64,000 nucleotides of DNA from Kiritimatiellia bacterium (GTDB lineage Bacteria; Verrucomicrobiota; Kiritimatiellia; RFP12; DVOR01), in assembly GCA_031552845.1 (NCBI GenBank), contig JAVBMC010000027.1, positions 6,073-70,072 on the forward strand. The letters are read 5' to 3'. Within the stretch, counting starts at the first letter, position 1, and every line of letters starts with the position of its first letter. Below, piece by piece: positions 47,062 to 55,891 of this stretch. Both the position numbers and the translations under genes were made by a program. Below the pieces are notes generated by a model. That model was not told where the DNA came from and made no database searches. It was given only the letters and a program-made list of their open reading frames with translations.

Positions 47062-49341
47062 TTATTGAATACTGAGGATGGTCTGCTTGTTGAAATCGTG
47101 TCCGGTGTAACGCAGAACGAGTGACTCGCCGACTGTGTTGACCGAGAAATGGGGCGTAATCGACGAGGGGTTGAACGTGAATGGCTTGGCGCGTGCATCC
47201 CACGTGGCAATCGTCCACGTGGTGCCGTAGGGGATCTTGCCGGACTTGACGACATCCAGCCGCCCGGTGAAGCTGTGCGCGGTGCGTCCATCAAAATAGA
47301 TTGTGTCGCTGGCTGTCGGATCGACTTTGACGCGCAGGGTTGAATTACCGCTGCTGGTGAGCGCGTGGCTGAGAATCGTAAGGTGCCCCATTTGGTCGCC
47401 TTCGCCGGGGCTGATGACTGCTTTTTCTCCTAAGTGGAGGCTCAGAGCTTTGCTGTTCGAGTGGTTGGAATCTTGAGCCACACGGTAGACCCTTCCCGTG
47501 CCGCAAATTGTACGTTCGAGGCCGAAGTAGCTGGTGTCGGCTGAAGCACCATGCAGGACGAGCAAGGCATTGTTGCGCAGAATGATGCGGTTGGTCGGGT
47601 GCCCGAACATGCCATCATGCGCGGAGGTGATGAAGGGCGGGTTGACGCAGCGTCCGGCGTAAAGATTGGCTACAGTCGAGGGTAGCGTGCCGGCGTCCAC
47701 GGTGATATCACCGATGAAGGTGTTGTTGGTGCTCTCAAAGTAGAGGTGGATTTCGGCACTCATGACGGTTGGGGTACAGTGAATCGGTACAGGATTTTCA
47801 AATGTCCCGCCGCTGATCGGCGTGCAGAAGTGGTAAAGCACGCGGTTGGCCGTTGTTTTAGTCAAACTCAGCGGGGAGTTTAACCGGATGGCAAGGGCTT
47901 GGGTTGTATTGGTTTGCCCGAAGATCATTGCGGTGCCATAGTAATTGGAGATGCTGACGGGGAGGCCGGGAAGGCCGCTGTCCAGAGTCAACGTGCAGGG
48001 CGTCTCGTTCGTATTGTAAATCCGATAATATCCGCCGAGATCGGCGGTATTGAATCCATAGAGGATATTGCCCAAAGTCACATCCTGTTCAATGAGCTGA
48101 GTGATGTCATGGTTTTTGCTGGCGGGCAGAACCTCAACTTGATCGCCGGGGCAGTCGGGGAACGTGCGGTGATACGCACTGAGATTCACCCACTGCGTTT
48201 CATTCGTCCACGAATTCGTTGCGTAAGGTTCGCCGACATAGCGGAACACGACCGGAGTATTCAATGGGCGCGTCGTAAAAGATGAGGGTGATGAGAAGGT
48301 TTCTTTTTCACCATCGGTTATCGAGAACCGGCAGAAGTAAGATTGATTGACCGTCAGAGGCTGCTGCGTGAAATGGGTGTAAACTCCGGCGGCTGTCGGC
48401 ACGGGAAGCTCGTCGCAGAACTCCCACGCATCCGGGTCGGACTCTGCGTCAGTTGTGCCGTAATAGGCGCGGATCTGAACCGAAGCCGTAGCAGCAGGCC
48501 CGGCAAGGGTGTAGTGCAGGCGCGCAGACGTATCGCCAATACGGTCAACCACGCCATTGACCAGCGTGACCTCTTCTGCATCCGGGTAGGCACAGTCAAT
48601 CGTATATTTGGTTTTCAGGTAGGCGCCGATTTGGTTGGCCTCCACCTCGGTCAGGTCACGGTCATAGATGATGACTTCAGAGATCGTGCCTTTGTAATAG
48701 ATGCTGGTGCTGCGGCGCATGAACTGGGTGAAGAGCTGATTGTTGGCATAGGTGACGTGAAGGATAAACGGGCTTGGAAATGCGTTGGTCGGCAAATTAA
48801 ATTGATAGCCTGTTAAATTGTTGGAGGGATCCCTCATCGGCAGGCCGTTGAGCGTGACAGTACCGACGGATTTTGTTCCGGTGTAAGTGCCATCCAAAGA
48901 TATTGCATCACTGACACTATTGCGCAGGAATATGTCCGTAGACCCTCCGCCATGTACTCGTGTCAGGACAGCGTTAGCATTGACGTCGGGCAAGGGCGCA
49001 AGGGCACCTACCATAAAAACAGCCTTGCCATCGACACCTTCCGCAGGCGGGTCGAGCCAGAATCCGCCAGTGCTGCTGACCGCGGGAAAGCCGCCTGTGG
49101 CGACTCTTTTGAATGTCGGTGCTTTACTTACCCAACTATTGGTGACGTGGTTGCCTTGTCCGGATTGATCTTGCCATAACGTGACGCGCTGGTCGGTATC
49201 GGCCAGCGTCCCTTGCTCATTCAAAGCACCGGCATCTGCTTTGAGCCAGAGTTTAAGTCCGGAGATGTCCGTTGGGGCAAATGCCGCCTGCAATGCACTT
49301 GCAGCGATGACGGCAAGAAGAGTAACGAATGCTTGCTTCAT
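47062..49341 (-). CDS. Secreted LamG-like plus beta-helix repeat protein, paralog 2
   Basis: 759 aa. Signal MKQAFVTLLAVIAASALQA. Motifs ISGLKLWLKADAG...WQDQSGQGNHVTN and IRLNSPLSLTK. Confidence 0.7.
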   Translation of the reverse strand: MKQAFVTLLAVIAASALQAAFAPTDISGLKLWLKADAGALNEQGTLADTDQRVTLWQDQSGQGNHVTNSWVSKAPTFKRVATGGFPAVSSTGGFWLDPPAEGVDGKAVFMVGALAPLPDVNANAVLTRVHGGGSTDIFLRNSVSDAISLDGTYTGTKSVGTVTLNGLPMRDPSNNLTGYQFNLPTNAFPSPFILHVTYANNQLFTQFMRRSTSIYYKGTISEVIIYDRDLTEVEANQIGAYLKTKYTIDCAYPDAEEVTLVNGVVDRIGDTSARLHYTLAGPAATASVQIRAYYGTTDAESDPDAWEFCDELPVPTAAGVYTHFTQQPLTVNQSYFCRFSITDGEKETFSSPSSFTTRPLNTPVVFRYVGEPYATNSWTNETQWVNLSAYHRTFPDCPGDQVEVLPASKNHDITQLIEQDVTLGNILYGFNTADLGGYYRIYNTNETPCTLTLDSGLPGLPVSISNYYGTAMIFGQTNTTQALAIRLNSPLSLTKTTANRVLYHFCTPISGGTFENPVPIHCTPTVMSAEIHLYFESTNNTFIGDITVDAGTLPSTVANLYAGRCVNPPFITSAHDGMFGHPTNRIILRNNALLVLHGASADTSYFGLERTICGTGRVYRVAQDSNHSNSKALSLHLGEKAVISPGEGDQMGHLTILSHALTSSGNSTLRVKVDPTASDTIYFDGRTAHSFTGRLDVVKSGKIPYGTTWTIATWDARAKPFTFNPSSITPHFSVNTVGESLVLRYTGHDFNKQTILSIQ

Positions 49342-49436
49342 CTAAACTCCTTATTTCATTGAGCCAAACATCCCTCTGCCGAGAGCGTTCGGCAGAGGAT
49401 CGGCAAACCAACTGAGCAACCAATTTTTGAAACGAC

Positions 49437-52115
49437 CTATTGCAAGAAAATGGTGAGTGGTGCTCGAAGGGCCTCAAGCAACCAATTTCCATTAGCGTCC
49501 TGTGTTCTGATGATGGAATAGCCAGGCGTTTTGGACGCGAAGTTCACGTTTAGGGACGTCACGAGATTGGTTGCACTCAGAATGGGCCAGCGGTCGCCTG
49601 CTTGGGACTTGGCTTGCGGCACCAGCTCAAGCTTGCCGTTCAGCGTGACCGATCCACGGGCGTTTAAAAACACTTTGTCGCAAATGCTGTTGGTGTTGAG
49701 CTTGAAACGCAGGGTCGATGCAGGGTCGCTGGTGATCGTATTGGCCAGTACGTTGAGTGTTGCATTCGTATTGCCTTCACCGGGAGCGAGAACGCTGTTG
49801 GCGCCTAAATCAAGGTCCAGATGCTTGTTGACGGTATAGGATGTCCCCAAGGCGCTTACCGTACGGTCGATACTCCCTTGTCCTCTGACTGTCCGTTCGA
49901 AAGTGAACGCCCCGTCGTTGGCGCTTCCGTAGAGCAGCAAACGTGTATTGGTACGCAGGATGATTTGATTGCTGGGATGTCCGAATACTGCATTGTTCGC
50001 AGTATTGGTGTGGGCACCCTCGCTTCGTCCGGCAGACAAAACGCCGACGGCATTGCCTGTGTTGGCACGATTGCAATAAATATCACCGATGAAATCATTC
50101 TCCGGATTCAACAGATAAACGTAGTGAGACGTCCAATCGGTGGCGAACGTTGCCAATATCCGGGAGGGCTGTCCAAGCGTGCCACCGGTAATTTTCGCGT
50201 TCAAGCGGATGTGACAGGTGTAGGATGATCCGCGGGTGATGTCCAACGGCGAGTTCAGCCTGAGGGTGATGTTGTCATTCGTGCTCTGCCCCCACGTGAT
50301 GCTTTGCGTGCCGCGGGATGTCAATACGGCACTTTTTCCGGCCTGCGTGCTGTCTAGGACTATTTCAACCGGATCTGTGCCGCCGTTGATGAAGCTGAAT
50401 TCGCCGCCCGAATACCAAGGGTCGCCGTTGCCGGGACTCAAATGTCCCGTGGTTAGCGCTTTGAGATGAATCAAGCTGTTGGTCAGTTGAATCTGGATAT
50501 TGTGGAATCTGTTGCTGGGAACCGCCGTAAAGGCCGCCTCATCTCCGAGAATTGACGGATATGCACGTATGCCCGTGCTGAGGTTGATCCAGATCGGCTC
50601 AGCCCAGTTATTGGTTCCATAGGAATCGCCATTCCAGATGAAACTTGCCGGTGTATCGTAGGGGATTGTCGTGAAAGTGCCCCCTGCGTTGGCAAAGGTC
50701 TCAACGCCGCCGTCGACTTGCAGGGAGAAACGGTAGTAATAGGTCTGTCCGAGCGTCAAAGCCTGTGCCGTATCGTAGTAATAGGTGCCATTTGCAGCGA
50801 TAGCTGTGGAAACAGTATCATTCGCATTCCAAGCACCGGGCGAAGTGCCGCCATCGGTTAAACCATAATAAACACGCAAGGTCGCTTGGTCGCCTTCCAG
50901 CATTTGGATCACTTCTGCCGCCAGCCGCGCTGCTGTTTCGGTGACGCGGTCAACCCCGCGGGTGATAATGCGCGGATGCGTGGTGAAGGTCATAACATCG
51001 GAGAATGCGGCAGCACCCGGCGCCGTCTCTAATGCGAAGCGGTAATAATAGGTGGTATTAGCCGCAAGGCCTGTATTGAGCATCACGGAGTAAATGCCAA
51101 GCTCCGTCACGCTGTCATTCACGAGCATGGAGGACTGCCAGCCCGTCTCCGTCTTGCCGCAGTCGGCCGGGCCGTAGTAAACCTTTAACACGGCCGAGCC
51201 GGATGTTAAGCCTTTGACCTCTCCACTGACCTGCGCATAAGTATCGGCAACCTCGGTAGCCGCCAGAACTTCGACATAAGCTTCGCCGGGGGCGACATAA
51301 CTTCCGTTAATCTGATACTTCGTCTGGAGGTAATAGCCAACTTGCTGCTGCTCCTCCTCGGTCAAGGGATGGCTGTAGACAAGAATTTCCGAGAACTCTC
51401 CGCGGTAGCTGAACTTGTTGCCTGTCGTATCACGGCGCAGGAAAAGCGTGCACGCCTGCGCGACGTCATATTCAAAGTAACCCAGAAAAGGACTTGGGAT
51501 GATGTATCCCGGGGGATTGAAGGAGTATCCGGATGCGGAAAGCGTTCCTCCGTTCAATGCGTAACGTCCCGTCGGCCTGCTAGACGTGATGGTGCCGTCA
51601 AAAGAAATGCAGTCATTATTCGCATCGCCATTCCGCACAAACAATTCGACATTGCCCGCTGTTCCGCCTTGATACCGGCCGATGATGACGTTTGGGTTCT
51701 TGTTCGCGGCCGATGCCGGGGGCTTGCCGACCACGAAAATGCTCCGCGTCTGCACCGGGTTTGCCGTGTCCTCAAATTCCATATAGCGCAGACCTTGGCC
51801 GCTGTAGTTATTGCCTGCTCCTACCGCTGTTGAGGGGTTATAAATTGCCGCGATTCCATTCTGCCCGTTGCCGGTGTAAAGCGGACGGATTGCATCATTC
51901 ACTTGAACCACGTGGTGCCCTTGGCCGGACTGATCCTCCCAACGGGCGACTGTGCCGCCTTCGGTCGGTGGTTGTCCCTCTGCGTTAAAAATCGCCGTAT
52001 CGGCCTTCAGCCAAAGAACCAAGTTGGTAATCGATGTTGGACTGAACGTTTGCGCTGAGGCGCAGAGACTGAACAAGATAACTCCGGCGGATAAAACAAT
52101 CAACTTCCTTTTCAT
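49437..52115 (-). CDS. Secreted LamG-like plus beta-helix repeat protein, paralog 3
   Basis: 892 aa. Signal MKRKLIVLSAGVILFSLCASA. Motifs ITNLVLWLKADTA...WEDQSGQGHHVVQ and LRLNSPLDITR. A strong RBS (AAGGAG) lies 4 nt before the ATG. Confidence 0.7.
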   Translation of the reverse strand: MKRKLIVLSAGVILFSLCASAQTFSPTSITNLVLWLKADTAIFNAEGQPPTEGGTVARWEDQSGQGHHVVQVNDAIRPLYTGNGQNGIAAIYNPSTAVGAGNNYSGQGLRYMEFEDTANPVQTRSIFVVGKPPASAANKNPNVIIGRYQGGTAGNVELFVRNGDANNDCISFDGTITSSRPTGRYALNGGTLSASGYSFNPPGYIIPSPFLGYFEYDVAQACTLFLRRDTTGNKFSYRGEFSEILVYSHPLTEEEQQQVGYYLQTKYQINGSYVAPGEAYVEVLAATEVADTYAQVSGEVKGLTSGSAVLKVYYGPADCGKTETGWQSSMLVNDSVTELGIYSVMLNTGLAANTTYYYRFALETAPGAAAFSDVMTFTTHPRIITRGVDRVTETAARLAAEVIQMLEGDQATLRVYYGLTDGGTSPGAWNANDTVSTAIAANGTYYYDTAQALTLGQTYYYRFSLQVDGGVETFANAGGTFTTIPYDTPASFIWNGDSYGTNNWAEPIWINLSTGIRAYPSILGDEAAFTAVPSNRFHNIQIQLTNSLIHLKALTTGHLSPGNGDPWYSGGEFSFINGGTDPVEIVLDSTQAGKSAVLTSRGTQSITWGQSTNDNITLRLNSPLDITRGSSYTCHIRLNAKITGGTLGQPSRILATFATDWTSHYVYLLNPENDFIGDIYCNRANTGNAVGVLSAGRSEGAHTNTANNAVFGHPSNQIILRTNTRLLLYGSANDGAFTFERTVRGQGSIDRTVSALGTSYTVNKHLDLDLGANSVLAPGEGNTNATLNVLANTITSDPASTLRFKLNTNSICDKVFLNARGSVTLNGKLELVPQAKSQAGDRWPILSATNLVTSLNVNFASKTPGYSIIRTQDANGNWLLEALRAPLTIFLQ

Positions 52116-52167
52116 ACTACTCCTTCTTGAGGCCGCTCTGCCCCTTTAACACCCGCGCTACCGCCAC

Positions 52168-52194
52168 ACCCACCCCCCGGGATACCGGGGGGTG
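52168..52194. other. Perfect GC hairpin (CACCCCCCGG-GATAC-CGGGGGGTG) 55-80 nt upstream of LamG paralog 3
   Basis: A 10-bp stem with a 5-nt loop, read directly. No T-run on either strand, so it is more likely a regulatory or structural element than a terminator. Confidence 0.5.
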
Positions 52195-52478
52195 CGGGTT
52201 TGCAGCCGCAACATGCACACTGCCACACCGAGAAAGGATACTACGTTTTGTTGGATGAGTCAAGGCTTTTGTGCGGGTTACCTGACTGTGCATGATTCAT
52301 GTAAAGGGAAAAGGCACTTCTAATAATTGCTGTTTACTAAAGGTAGGGCAGGTCTCGCCGAGGTGCCACAGGCACCCTCTCAGCCGCACCGCGTCAGCCT
52401 CTCCTTCTCCCCTCTACCCCCTGGGAACGCCGACGTCTCCGCCGACAGGGTATGCAGCCCGCGCGTCAACCTCTCCCC

Positions 52479-52548
52479 CTCTCACCTCTCCGCGTCTCCG
52501 CGTGAACTTTATCCTACCTTGTCACCGAAAGTGAATTATTAAAGGGAC
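52479..52548. repeat. Copy B of the ~60-bp direct repeat. It carries an 8-nt internal duplication (CTCCGCGT) relative to copy A.
   Basis: CTCTCACCTCTCCGCGTCTCCGCGTGAACTTTATCCTACCTTGTCACCGAAAGTGAATTATTAAAGGG. Confidence 0.65.
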
Positions 52549-52748
52549 CCTTACCTATTATTGGTCACTTATTACTTGCCGCTTGACTTTTCCCGCCAAA
52601 CTGCTAAACTATCCCCGTCGACACCATCGAGTGACCCGTCACTGACGCTTTGCGCATACGGGAGCTTGAGCTCCAAGGAGCCATCGATTTACAGACTGTC
52701 CGCTTGGTTGACGCACAGCACAGCCGAAACACTTTGGACTTATTCATC

Positions 52749-53027
52749 ATGTTACTCGCTTTCATCATTGCCATTGCTTTATTTGCTTACGTTGCCGTCA
52801 CGCTCATGCTGCCTTATGGGACTGCCCGCACAACATTGTTACCCCGCAACCGCACGCTCGGCGAGCCCGCTCTACCTGATAATCGCGCCAGCCGTACTCT
52901 CAATAGCAGGGCGGTTTCGGCGAAACCGCCGCAGTGCCTCCTGGAAGCGCCGGCGTCCTCGCCGGCATTTTGCAATCAGCCAGATCTGTCTGATCTGACA
53001 GATCAACTCTACTTCCCGGCTGCCTAG
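52749..53027 (+). CDS. Possible small single-TM membrane protein (93 aa from the ATG at 52749); uncertain
   Basis: It has an AT-rich hydrophobic N-terminus (MLLAFIIAIALFAYVAVTLMLPYG), unusual for this GC-rich DNA. The stop at 53027 is followed 22 nt later by a canonical + strand terminator. The RBS is weak. Confidence 0.3.
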   Translation: MLLAFIIAIALFAYVAVTLMLPYGTARTTLLPRNRTLGEPALPDNRASRTLNSRAVSAKPPQCLLEAPASSPAFCNQPDLSDLTDQLYFPAA

Positions 53028-53048
53028 CATAACCCTCAACTTCACCCT

Positions 53049-53084
53049 CGACGGCGCGGTTCGCAAGAACTTCGCCGTCTTTTT
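53049..53084 (+). terminator. Rho-independent terminator (GACGGCG...CGCCGTC stem, then TTTTTT)
   Basis: A 7-bp GC stem with a 16-nt loop followed by 6 T residues. It is the only clean + strand terminator in the gene-poor region 52116-53590. Confidence 0.55.
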
Positions 53085-53591
53085 TGCACCTCATGCAAAA
53101 CAAAACACACCCGTGTACGAAACCTGTACCAACCCATCTCCAGCCGCCGCGCCACCTCTGTCGAGTTGGTGGTACACAGTGCGTAGACTTTCCGCGAGCC
53201 GTGTGTTTACTTGCTGACATGCTAACCTCAGTCAGCTGAGATTAACATGTCAGCGAGCTTGCACATAGCATGTCAGCTCCTTGAGGTGTATCTCGCGCCA
53301 AGTTGACAGGTTAAGGGAACTTTTGCGAGATGGGTGGATGGCATTTTTCCCTCGATCCACCGTGCGCATTCCCCCTATCAACACGGAAAAACATCAGCAA
53401 AACCGCATCTTTACGAACGCCTTCACGCGGCCCCCGATTTCCATTTGCGTGGATTCAAAATCTATGGTATACTAACACCAGCGAGGGAGTTAGAACGGCT
53501 GTTGGGGCGTGGGTTTACCCTGCTCCAATTGAAGTTTCCCGTTCCAAACGACCCCCTCTTTGATTTCAACAACTCTACAAAGGGCACTATC

Positions 53592-53969
53592 ATGCAACTT
53601 AAATTTTTGACTCCCTACTGCCTGTTCATCGTACTCACGCTGCTGACGGCATGTGCGACTTCGACGACCGAAATGTCACGTGGTGAGTTTGTCCAAACGA
53701 TCCGCCTCCACCAAACCGAGACCATCAACAACGTTTGGTATGCCGGGCGCAAGGATGGATTTGATTACTACGTGCACAACACGGCGAAAGACAGCCGCCA
53801 CGTCAAACTCCGCCAAGGACAGATCTTCATTAAAGAACCCTTCACCCTGAGCGACGACAAAAAAGATTGGAAACTCGTCAAAGGCAATACCGACATGTAT
53901 ATGCAAGGCATTGCACTCGACAGCACCACGCCCTTCTCGCCCGGCAAACCGAACTTGAAGAATCCGTAG
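53592..53969 (+). CDS. Small lipoprotein of unknown function
   Basis: The ORF track gives 53334 (GTG). The internal ATG at 53592 gives MQLKFLTPYCLFIVLTLLTAC with an LTAC lipobox, and AAGGG lies upstream. 125 aa. Confidence 0.55.
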   Translation: MQLKFLTPYCLFIVLTLLTACATSTTEMSRGEFVQTIRLHQTETINNVWYAGRKDGFDYYVHNTAKDSRHVKLRQGQIFIKEPFTLSDDKKDWKLVKGNTDMYMQGIALDSTTPFSPGKPNLKNP

Positions 53970-53990
53970 AGGCGCCCGGCGACAGCGCGT

Positions 53991-54914
53991 TTAGCAAAAG
54001 CCTTTGAAATGCTTGAAGGCGTGCTGCACGATGCGTTCGTATTCGGAGAGAGTACGGCAGATTTTGACGCCATCCCAAACGCGCTCGCCGTGGTTGAGTC
54101 CGGTGTGGAGATAACTCCAGAGTTCTTTCATGCGGCCAATCACGCCGGTCTCGCCGGAAAGCGTGCCGCGGTATTCGACTAGCAGCGCATCCAAGAAAGC
54201 GGCTAAACGTTCCGGTGTGCGAGTGTCGTCACCGGTGGCAATCATTTCTGCAAGGAAGGGATTGACGGCGAGCCCGCGGCCAATCATCCAACGGGTAATA
54301 TGCGGGAAGCGTTCTTTGAGGCGTTGAAAATCTGCCGGTGTGCGGATGTCGCCATTATAGACGACGGGATGGCGACAGAGTTTGGCGGCGGCTTCAAAGC
54401 GGTCGACATCAACCATGCCCTCATACATCTGCGCGGCAGTGCGGGGATGGATGCAGACTTCGCGCAGAGGATAACTGTTGATGAGCTCCATGCGGGACTC
54501 GAGCAGATCAGGCGACTTCAAACCCAGCCGCACCTTCACCGAGAAGTCCGAGTGAGCGCAACCCGTAGCGAGCATCTCAGCAAACGATTTCTCATGCGCC
54601 ATGAGTCCGCTGCCGCGGCCTTTCTTTGCAACGAACGGCCAAGGACAGCCGGCATTCAAATCACACTGCGTATAACCGAGTGCGCGCAAGGCCGACAGCA
54701 TCACAATCAACTGCTCAGGGTCTTTGCCAATGACCTGCGGAATCAACGGAATCGCCTGATTGTGCTCAGGGACAACATCAGCCAGTACGGCGGGTTTGAC
54801 GCGCGTTCCGGCCACGGTCGGCACAAAGGGTGCAACGGCGCGGTCGACTCCTTTGAAGTGCGCGGCGAAGACGTTACGAAATCCCGCAACGCTGATACCC
54901 CGCAAGGGCGCCAT
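53991..54914 (-). CDS. tRNA-dihydrouridine synthase (Dus family)
   Basis: The ORF track gives 54959. The ATG at 54914 gives MAPLRGISVAGFRNVF..., a typical Dus start. It has a TIM-barrel FMN fold with a C-terminal RWMIGRGLAVNPFLAE. Confidence 0.7.
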   Translation of the reverse strand: MAPLRGISVAGFRNVFAAHFKGVDRAVAPFVPTVAGTRVKPAVLADVVPEHNQAIPLIPQVIGKDPEQLIVMLSALRALGYTQCDLNAGCPWPFVAKKGRGSGLMAHEKSFAEMLATGCAHSDFSVKVRLGLKSPDLLESRMELINSYPLREVCIHPRTAAQMYEGMVDVDRFEAAAKLCRHPVVYNGDIRTPADFQRLKERFPHITRWMIGRGLAVNPFLAEMIATGDDTRTPERLAAFLDALLVEYRGTLSGETGVIGRMKELWSYLHTGLNHGERVWDGVKICRTLSEYERIVQHAFKHFKGFC

Positions 54915-54939
54915 GATTATTTCGTCGCCCTGCATCAGC

Positions 54940-55689
54940 CTAGCTCTGCGTCCATTCACTCAGGTAGAGGAAGCGCTTGCGGATATAAAGTCCATAGAGC
55001 CAACCGACGAGACATCCGGTAAAGTGCGCCGTGAACGCCACTTGCCCGCGCAGAAAATAACCCTCCGCCAACGTCCCCGCCAACACGATCCAGACAAGCC
55101 AGCGGCCTTTTATCTTGATAGGCAGCACAAAGAACACCAGCAGGTAAATCTTTCGCGTGGCAAACAGAGCAGAGAACGCCCCCAGCAATGCGCACACCCC
55201 GCCGCTGGCACCAACACACAACTCCCGCGCATCGCCATTGACAGCAAACACATAGGCCAGCCAGCCGAATGCAGCAAAGAAACCACCAATGAAAAAGATT
55301 TTTAGGACGGTGCGTGAGTCCGTCACGCGCTCAACAGAGCTGCCGACAAACCAAAGCCCCAGCATATTACACAACAAGTGCCACCATGCCGCATGAAGAA
55401 ACAGATAGGTTAGCGGCTGCCAGACAAAACCGTGCAGCAATAACGATGGAGAGAGGCCGAAAGTATACTTAAATGCCTCGCCGAAGAGGAGCACGCCGCC
55501 GGGCATTGCGGCCGCGACAGCACTCGTAACCAGCTGAACACCCCAGACACAAAAACAAATCACCATCAGTCGAATAACCGATGGTGATGCTTCAACCGCC
55601 GTACGCACGCGCTCCGGCAGTTCGCGCAGAAACTGCAACACGCCTAGAAACCCCCGTAGTTCTGGAAGTCCATAAACAGCAGCATACAC
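54940..55689 (-). CDS. Rhomboid-family intramembrane serine protease
   Basis: Polytopic membrane protein. It has the catalytic GASGGVCALLGAF (GxSG) and a downstream His in a TM segment (AHFTGCLVGWL). The start is uncertain; an internal Met gives about 210 aa. Confidence 0.7.
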   Translation of the reverse strand: MYAAVYGLPELRGFLGVLQFLRELPERVRTAVEASPSVIRLMVICFCVWGVQLVTSAVAAAMPGGVLLFGEAFKYTFGLSPSLLLHGFVWQPLTYLFLHAAWWHLLCNMLGLWFVGSSVERVTDSRTVLKIFFIGGFFAAFGWLAYVFAVNGDARELCVGASGGVCALLGAFSALFATRKIYLLVFFVLPIKIKGRWLVWIVLAGTLAEGYFLRGQVAFTAHFTGCLVGWLYGLYIRKRFLYLSEWTQS

Positions 55690-55891
55690 GTCCCCAAGGC
55701 GATAACCACCGTAATGATAGCGGCGATGCCACCGATGATATCGGGCTTCGAGCCACGCGGCTTCACTCCGCCGGCGAACGGATCACGCAGACGCTGATTA
55801 ATATATGCTTTATTTTCTTCGGCCATAACTCACTACCTCTCTTCCAACAGTTTACACTATTTTCAGCCCCTTGCCAACACAAAAGGCACCC

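Noticed and set aside
55644-55826. 60-aa ORF with one TM helix upstream of the rhomboid gene
   Set aside because: Possibly real, as it is hydrophobic and adjacent. No RBS evidence, and it overlaps the rhomboid N-terminus. Left uncalled.
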